A stretch of DNA of 21,781 bases. Origin: an uncultured virus (IMG/VR IMGVR_UViG_2891407665_000020) (Duplodnaviria > Heunggongvirae > Uroviricota > Caudoviricetes). The DNA is taken from the IMG/VR virus record IMGVR_UViG_2891407665_000020. One strand, given 5' to 3'. The notes beneath the pieces were generated by a model, which saw nothing but the letters and a program-made list of their open reading frames with translations, was not told the DNA's origin and did no database searches. This document shows, piece after piece, positions 15,942 to 21,781 of the stretch (position 1 is the first letter of the stretch; each line of letters begins with the position of its first letter). A program made the position numbers and the translations under genes.

Positions 15942-16337
15942 ATGGGAGTTACTCTTTGCAGGGTTCAGAACTTCGAGGAGCATATTTCAGCAGACAGCCA
16001 GGTAAGGTTGGCTGTAGAATTTGAGCAGCCTATCCGCCTACCCGGCATTACCATAGTTCCAGATTTGAAGCCACCTAAGGAACTGCTTGCATTTTACAGC
16101 ATTAATAAAGGGAGAAACCTGCAGTTTCAGGAACTAATAACTGAACTATACAAAGATTTCCTGAACAGCCTGGCAGCAAGGGTAGGGATCCGTATTATAA
16201 CGGATTATGATTTCCGCAAGAAGGAGATTATGGTTGTGTGTAATCCCGATAGTTTTTTTGATTACACATTGCTGCTTGATGAGTGCTTAAAAGACCATGG
16301 GATTTTCACTAAATACTTTATAACTAGGAGGGAATAA
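15942..16337 (+). CDS. Hypothetical protein, possibly DUF488-like
   Basis: VPDLKPPKELLAFY...ELYKDFL...EIMVVC resembles the DUF488 'laPs.eLl......Y...l.....i.llC' pattern. ATG 15942 is 7 nt from GAGGAGG (ORF track start 15936). Confidence 0.6.
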   Translation: MGVTLCRVQNFEEHISADSQVRLAVEFEQPIRLPGITIVPDLKPPKELLAFYSINKGRNLQFQELITELYKDFLNSLAARVGIRIITDYDFRKKEIMVVCNPDSFFDYTLLLDECLKDHGIFTKYFITRRE

Positions 16338-16343
16338 ATTACT

Positions 16344-16868
16344 ATGGCAAGAAAGTTATGGATTGTAGTACTCTTTGTGCTGTCAGCTATACTTTTTGTA
16401 TTCTTTATGTGTGGTTCATTATTTGTAAGGATTACTGTCCCGAGCGGGAGCATGGAACCTACAATACCGGCGGGAAGCAAGCTCCTCGTAAGAAGAGGAA
16501 AGACCGTGGAGCGTGGGGATTTAGTAATGTTCTATTCGGATGAGGAAAGCTGTTATATGATAAAACGGCTTATAGGGGAGCCAGGTGATATTATTGATAT
16601 TCGGCAAGGTACTGTGTATGTTAATGGTGTTTTCCTTAACGAGCCTTATGTGGGTTCCTACTCAGAGGATTCTGGCATTTATTGTATACCGGAGGATTCT
16701 TATTTTTTTCTAGGGGATAACCGTGCAGATTCCGACGATTCACGAGAATGGCAGAATCCTTATGTTTACAAGGGCCAGATAATAGGCAGGGCTGTTGCTT
16801 TTATCAGCCCAGAGTTTAAGATAATTAAGCAGACGGAGGATCTTTATGCAGAAACTTACAGCAACTGA
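16344..16868 (+). CDS. lepB: Signal peptidase I (S26)
   Basis: N-terminal TM helix, VPSGSMEPTI (catalytic Ser), YMIKRLIGEPGD (catalytic Lys) and YFFLGDNRADSDDSR. Confidence 0.93.
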   Translation: MARKLWIVVLFVLSAILFVFFMCGSLFVRITVPSGSMEPTIPAGSKLLVRRGKTVERGDLVMFYSDEESCYMIKRLIGEPGDIIDIRQGTVYVNGVFLNEPYVGSYSEDSGIYCIPEDSYFFLGDNRADSDDSREWQNPYVYKGQIIGRAVAFISPEFKIIKQTEDLYAETYSN

Positions 16869-18495
16869 TAAGTGTATACTGATGGCAGTACAGGCGGCTT
16901 TGCAGGAGAAAGGATGGATACCGCTTTTGGACGAGTATGCCGGGGTGTTACGTTTAGGTGACTTTATACTATATTTGTACCAAGACAGTTCAGATTTAGA
17001 GGGTAAGACCGGAACTAAGTTTTGTTATAGCGCGGGAGAGCTTGCTGATTCTGCGCTGAATACGACTAAAAAGGCAATTAATTATAAAATGCATTATTAT
17101 TTGCCAGAGTACCACTGGTGGATGGAGTGCTGCGGTGTTCTTGTAGCCATGGGTAAATTTAAAAAGACTTTTGGGGCAATTTATCACGGATCCGCCACTG
17201 AGAAAGTAAAACAGCAGTTTATGGAGTGTATGGATTCTATACATAGCATAGCGGCGCTGGGATGCGAGCGTGCGTTTAGGAATAGGCCTTCTTACAGTGT
17301 CCAACTTAAACCTGCAATGCGTCATGAACTTGTGCCGCACGATGCTGGCGTTCAGGAGGATTTATACCTGCGTACAGGCGAGGATCTTTATTATCTGGTA
17401 AAACGCCTTGGTGAAGAAGATGGTAGTAACACTGTTTATGCGCTTATCCCAGTCTCACTGAAAAAAGAGGATGGCTTAATTAAGGTTGATATTATCAAGA
17501 GCAATAAGCCAGTGCGCACAACATCTAGCGGGCTTTCACAGCTGCTGCGGCAGGGTGAGCTGCCTGCTTTCCGTATAGTCGAAGATCCCTATGAAGTAAA
17601 GGAGATGGTGTGGACTAATGAGAGTGTCCGTAGTTCAACCTACCATGAACATCCATTGCTTAAGCAGTTCAGCGGGTTTGGGCTGAATGGTTCACAAAAG
17701 GAGATCTTGTCACTTGGGCTTGACAGGGTTTATAATATCACGCCATTCCTGAACGGAAATATAGATGCTGCAACAGGCGCATACTTACTGAAATTTATCA
17801 GCAATGGTTTGGATGTATCGCTCATTACAATGAGCTACAGCGAAGAGGTCATGCAGACGCTGTTTAATATTGCAAATGGCGGTTTGTCCTTGCACAAGTA
17901 TGTGAATCCTGGGTATAGCCTGGACCGGATACGGACAATTTACAATGAGTTTTTGTCTGGTTTTGAGTTACAGAAAGAGCGGCTGGAAAAAGAAGGATAT
18001 AGCGAAGCGCAGATAAATTTTATGAGGCTTGTTGCTTCCAAGGGGAAAGGATTTTCACACCTTAAGACTGGGGAGCCTTTACCGGCATTATGGCTTCGCG
18101 ATGAGATAGCCATGGGCAATCATGTAGAGCTTATGACCTGGATGATCCCTTATGCCACCGACGACAATGCTGCTAATATCAGGATTCCCTGGAGAGTCCT
18201 GCCAGAATCCCTGCAGGAATACGTGATCCAGTGGTTCCGCAGTGTGCCTGAGGTTATGCTTGGAGGGCACAGCTGGGATAATATTGTGCTCCATGCAGCT
18301 AAGAATGCAACCGGGATTTGCTACAGTTATAAATACGGACTTATGCTGGAGTGCAATTATAATTTCCTGGCAATGGATTCTAACAGCGTGATGCTGAAAG
18401 CTTCCAGCTTCTTGAATGCTGCTAACGCTATGTTCATAAACGGCAGTATGTTTGTAAATGATTCCAAGTTTAGCCAGCTGCAGTTAGCATTATGA
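16846..18495 (+). CDS. Hypothetical protein with internal degenerate ~25-aa helical repeats
   Basis: 549-aa ORF with GGAGG RBS. Repeat-like units include SQKEILSLGLD, NGLDVSLITMSYSEEVMQ, GGLSLHKYVNPGYSLDRIR and GYSEAQINFMR. Confidence 0.75.
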   Translation: MQKLTATDKCILMAVQAALQEKGWIPLLDEYAGVLRLGDFILYLYQDSSDLEGKTGTKFCYSAGELADSALNTTKKAINYKMHYYLPEYHWWMECCGVLVAMGKFKKTFGAIYHGSATEKVKQQFMECMDSIHSIAALGCERAFRNRPSYSVQLKPAMRHELVPHDAGVQEDLYLRTGEDLYYLVKRLGEEDGSNTVYALIPVSLKKEDGLIKVDIIKSNKPVRTTSSGLSQLLRQGELPAFRIVEDPYEVKEMVWTNESVRSSTYHEHPLLKQFSGFGLNGSQKEILSLGLDRVYNITPFLNGNIDAATGAYLLKFISNGLDVSLITMSYSEEVMQTLFNIANGGLSLHKYVNPGYSLDRIRTIYNEFLSGFELQKERLEKEGYSEAQINFMRLVASKGKGFSHLKTGEPLPALWLRDEIAMGNHVELMTWMIPYATDDNAANIRIPWRVLPESLQEYVIQWFRSVPEVMLGGHSWDNIVLHAAKNATGICYSYKYGLMLECNYNFLAMDSNSVMLKASSFLNAANAMFINGSMFVNDSKFSQLQLAL

Positions 18496-19235
18496 AGAGA
18501 CTGCTACTAATAGTTATGCTGGCAGCCGTATTGACAGTGTTAGGCTATTGTTACGGATACCGTGTATCTGACACTAATTATTTCCAGGATGAAGTTACTG
18601 ATTATTACCGTTATTATAACGAGCAGCCTAAGAAGTATTACCATTCCCAGCAGGGAGCTGCATATCCTTTTGCCTATAATGAGAAGTGCAGTTTATACGA
18701 AGATGGCTTGTTTGAAGTTTATGGTATTTTTCCGCGTATCACGAGATTTAGCATTTTTGTCGACTGCAAGGACAAACAGATGATTTTCCAGGATTTTGAG
18801 ATCATTCTTGTGTTTTACGGAGAGGACAATCGAGTGGTCGGGAAGGAGAGTTCTACGCTTCACAATGTAAAGGCAGATGAGATACACGAGTTGAAATTTA
18901 AGTGTGTCGAGGGTGCACAGTATGTGGCTGTTTATGATATCAGTTACGCATTGATGGATCCTGACAGCTTGCTGGCTGTGTACTCAGCATACGAACTCCC
19001 TGCCAGGATTAAAGGTGAGTACTGCGACGTCACGATTACAGCGCCTGGGAGTAATTGTGTGGCGGTTACCGGGGATGTGAAGCAAGGGTATTCTGCAACT
19101 ATCTCGTTATTGAATAGGCACTACAAGGAACTTGAACAAATTAGCATAAGCGGCAAGAGCACTGTTAATTTAAGGAGATACACAGACTACGGCCTAAAAT
19201 ATTGCACAGTGCTTATTACGCAAGGAGGAGGGTGA
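18492..19235 (+). CDS. Exported or membrane-anchored protein with a possible FxLYD-type Ig-like domain
   Basis: Signal/TM segment MKRLLLIVMLAAVLTVLGYCYG. IILVFYGEDNRVVGKESSTLHNVKADEIHELKF resembles FxLYD beta-sandwich domains. ATGA overlap with the previous gene. Confidence 0.65.
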   Translation: MKRLLLIVMLAAVLTVLGYCYGYRVSDTNYFQDEVTDYYRYYNEQPKKYYHSQQGAAYPFAYNEKCSLYEDGLFEVYGIFPRITRFSIFVDCKDKQMIFQDFEIILVFYGEDNRVVGKESSTLHNVKADEIHELKFKCVEGAQYVAVYDISYALMDPDSLLAVYSAYELPARIKGEYCDVTITAPGSNCVAVTGDVKQGYSATISLLNRHYKELEQISISGKSTVNLRRYTDYGLKYCTVLITQGGG

Positions 19236-21419
19236 ATGGAAACAGATTTATTTTTACAACAATGCAATTCCGCAATGGGGTTCCCTGCTGCAGATGAGAC
19301 GACAGTCGGTGCCGATGATATGGATTTAATGGACTATTTTGGTATACTTGAGGATGACCTTGACGACGGGTTCACCGAGGCAAAGGATTCAGGATTGCAA
19401 TCTTCTGCGTTGGGTGAGGTGTATGACAGCATTGCGTGTGTGCCATCCAAGGGATATTCTATCACGTCTGTCTATATAGAGAATAGCGCACAGGAGAATA
19501 AGGGCGCTGAGACAGCCATTAGCGATTTTGATTCACTTACGGAATTGGAAATAGATTTCTTTGGGTGGGCTGTGAGCGTGCTAGGTACCAGCGTTACCGC
19601 CATGGCACACCAAACATTCAAAGAATTTGTAGTAGAAGTTTATAAGTTACTCTACCCAGATAAGGACTTCCAGGGAACAGACTATGCCCTATACGATTAT
19701 GTGTGCAGCCGGTATGGGGCAAATGTTTCATACGCGGTATTTAAGGAGAACGCACAGAATCCAATGGCGCTCCTAAGAAACCTGGCACACCCCTACAGGC
19801 GAGTGTCGGGGGAAGAAGTGGGTGTTATCCGGAAACATTGCATGTGCAGCTATTTTAATCCTGAGGATGTATACGCCTGTTCTTTGGAGCCGAGGGACAC
19901 AGAGATGATTTGTACACTACAGGAACGCGGCAGCTTTAACAGGAATGAGGCTTTACTGTACTGCAGCGACTATGACACATTATACTTCTATCTGTTATTG
20001 AGCATAAATGGTGCATACAATGCGGCAGAATACCGCCAGTGCGTCTCTATAGGGACTTGTAATGCATACGCTATGGGAAAACTTAATAATGACCCAGGGG
20101 TTACTGATGCTTTAAGCAGGAGGAGTGACTGGGTGGAGTGCGAAAAGTATTTGTCATCGGTATCGCCAGAGCTAGTAACCAAGTACTGCAAGGCAGAGTA
20201 TTTAGCGCCGCTTCTAAAGTTCGCAAGTATTTACGGAGTGAACATTGAATTGGTTGAGATGTATTTCCTTAAAAAGAGCCCATTATCTGAGCGGCTAATC
20301 AGCTGCCTGGATGACAGGAAGTTTATGTCAGAAGTTTGCCAGAATCCAGTAACTTTTCCTACTAAGCTCTTGGAGAAATACTGTAACAGCGTTGGGATCT
20401 CTATAGCGGATTGTGATATTGGCAATGATTTCGCATGGCAGCTAATGACAATGTTTGCTTCAAGTGATATAACATTAGAAGACGTTTTGCTGTATTTAAT
20501 AATCAACCAGCAGGGCAATGCTTTGTCCGATTTCCTTAAAGAGCATGGCATTACTGGTAAATGCAGCTTTTTTATTGCAGAATATGTTTCGGGTTTGATT
20601 GGAAAACAGGGATTTGCATTACCAAGCATTAGCGCACCGTTTTTGTACCAGTTCCGTTCTGGAGGTAGCAGCATGGTTTTTAATGTATACGAGTTTATTA
20701 ATCATGTTGAGTATTATTCCGCACGGATTAAGAAATACGCAATGACAAGCCAGGTCATAAGCTGTAATCAGATACGTGATATTGGTTATTGTATTAATTT
20801 TGGCAAAGATACAACTCTCTTTAAGAGGATGCAGGAGCGGGATAAGAAGTACCATTGTTCGTTGCAGGTATGGCTTTCCACTGCGAAGAAGCCAAAATAT
20901 GTAGTTACTACAAGCACTGTGTTACGTTATAATTTGCAGGTACTTGAGGAGGTCTTGCCTGAGGAGATCAGGGATTTCTGCTTAAAGATTCTGCAAGCTT
21001 TAGGGAATGTTGATTCTAAGAAGTACGCGTCATACGACCTTGTCTTGAATTACCTGTATTATAAACAAGGATACTGTGTTGCAATGACACAGAGGAATTT
21101 CCCAAGGATTGTATTTTCCTTAATGAATGCGATTTTGATGGACAATGATTTTGATGTTACGGTGTGCTTCCTGTATACTTTGTTCAATAATTTGTTCCCA
21201 GGCAAGGTGAAATCTAGTTTCATCACGCAGGAGATTATGAGGAATGAGCCAATAATAGTAATACAGCGAAACCATAATGATATCGCGGAGTTTAATGACC
21301 GGGTGCTGTTCATCAGCAGCTTTGACAGGGTCATTAAATGTATTCCCGAAACCGATGTTAAAGATGTTATCCTAAGGAAAACAGGACAAAAGCTGACTGT
21401 TGATATCTGCAGCAGCTAG
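19236..21419 (+). CDS. Large hypothetical protein (727 aa) with acidic N-terminus; Cys/Tyr-rich
   Basis: Long ORF with AAGGAGG RBS, abutting the previous stop. No motif recognised. Confidence 0.75.
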   Translation: METDLFLQQCNSAMGFPAADETTVGADDMDLMDYFGILEDDLDDGFTEAKDSGLQSSALGEVYDSIACVPSKGYSITSVYIENSAQENKGAETAISDFDSLTELEIDFFGWAVSVLGTSVTAMAHQTFKEFVVEVYKLLYPDKDFQGTDYALYDYVCSRYGANVSYAVFKENAQNPMALLRNLAHPYRRVSGEEVGVIRKHCMCSYFNPEDVYACSLEPRDTEMICTLQERGSFNRNEALLYCSDYDTLYFYLLLSINGAYNAAEYRQCVSIGTCNAYAMGKLNNDPGVTDALSRRSDWVECEKYLSSVSPELVTKYCKAEYLAPLLKFASIYGVNIELVEMYFLKKSPLSERLISCLDDRKFMSEVCQNPVTFPTKLLEKYCNSVGISIADCDIGNDFAWQLMTMFASSDITLEDVLLYLIINQQGNALSDFLKEHGITGKCSFFIAEYVSGLIGKQGFALPSISAPFLYQFRSGGSSMVFNVYEFINHVEYYSARIKKYAMTSQVISCNQIRDIGYCINFGKDTTLFKRMQERDKKYHCSLQVWLSTAKKPKYVVTTSTVLRYNLQVLEEVLPEEIRDFCLKILQALGNVDSKKYASYDLVLNYLYYKQGYCVAMTQRNFPRIVFSLMNAILMDNDFDVTVCFLYTLFNNLFPGKVKSSFITQEIMRNEPIIVIQRNHNDIAEFNDRVLFISSFDRVIKCIPETDVKDVILRKTGQKLTVDICSS

Positions 21420-21433
21420 AAGGATGATGCTGA

Positions 21434-21781
21434 ATGCTTATAATAGAACAGTACTTTCTCTACAGAAGTTCTACACACGTAATCCATATAACGAATGACA
21501 ATGAACCACAATGCCCAGCGTGTGGCAATCCATTGCGGTTTATTGGGACTTATAGGCGTAAGCTGAGAGACTCTGAGTACCGTGATGATACTTTTATAGT
21601 CCGTAAGCTGCGTTGCGATGCGTGTAAAAGTATACATGCTGAATTACCATCGTTATTCATCCCGTATAAGCAGTATTCGAGGAAGGGCATGGAAGATGCC
21701 GTTTATAATCCAAATACAAGCTTTAGTGGTGAAGAATCCACGATTAGAAGATGGCGCGCTTTTCTCAGTGGCCATTATTAA
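21434..21781 (+). CDS. DUF6431-like Zn-finger/HTH protein
   Basis: CPACG...GTYRRKL...VRKLRCDACKSIHAELPSLFIPYKQY...EESTIRRW matches the DUF6431 pattern. The TAA stop is the last codon of the window. Confidence 0.75.
   Translation: MLIIEQYFLYRSSTHVIHITNDNEPQCPACGNPLRFIGTYRRKLRDSEYRDDTFIVRKLRCDACKSIHAELPSLFIPYKQYSRKGMEDAVYNPNTSFSGEESTIRRWRAFLSGHY

Larger units (their letters stand above)
1..21781 (+). mobile_element. Segment of a large conjugative extrachromosomal element (megaplasmid or giant ICE), core transfer and replication region
   Basis: T4SS genes, an element-type replisome, divergent housekeeping paralogues outside their normal operons and many ORFans, all in one co-directional block. 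No boundaries, integrase or virion genes are visible. Confidence 0.6.

Noticed and set aside
394..21637. Many minus-strand and alternative-frame ORFs (e.g. 4446-4964, 9140-9718, 11888-12508, 13530-14006, 20231-20674)
   Set aside because: They lie almost entirely within well-supported + strand genes, lack motifs, and read as antisense or shadow frames.
1..21781. Prophage or jumbo phage
   Set aside because: The replication genes are phage-like, but I saw no terminase, capsid, tail or integrase, and the VirB4 plus anchored NlpC/P60 pair points to conjugation. It cannot be fully excluded from this window alone.
1..21781. Alternative genetic code (stop-codon reassignment)
   Set aside because: Coding density is near complete under code 11, and TAA, TAG and TGA all end genes that are followed directly by RBS-led starts.
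1..21781. CRISPR array, tRNA/rRNA, iteron origin or oriT
   Set aside because: I saw no regularly spaced direct repeats or cloverleaf-like sequence, and intergenic gaps are at most about 100 bp.

Overview
A gene-dense window with about 24 co-directional CDSs, all on the + strand, mostly abutting or overlapping. Strong GGAGG/GGGGT Shine-Dalgarno sites and a Gram-positive-type Hsp70 suggest a Bacillota (clostridia-like) host. The left end holds the tail of a conjugation module: a VirB4-like ATPase and a membrane-anchored NlpC/P60 wall hydrolase. The rest is a self-contained set of divergent copies of housekeeping functions: stand-alone HRDC protein, NERD nuclease, Zn-finger DnaC/IstB-like protein with degenerate Walker motifs, GreA, SNF2-like SF2 helicase, DnaB-like helicase, Hsp70 without grpE/dnaJ, CHC2 primase Zn-finger without TOPRIM, RuvC-like nuclease and signal peptidase I. 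About ten ORFans and a DUF6431-like gene are interspersed. The gene order does not match a normal chromosome and no virion genes are visible. The best reading, which is an inference, is the core replication/transfer operon of a very large conjugative extrachromosomal element (megaplasmid or giant ICE). I saw no tRNA, rRNA or CRISPR array. All family calls come from recognising motifs by eye, not from database searches.
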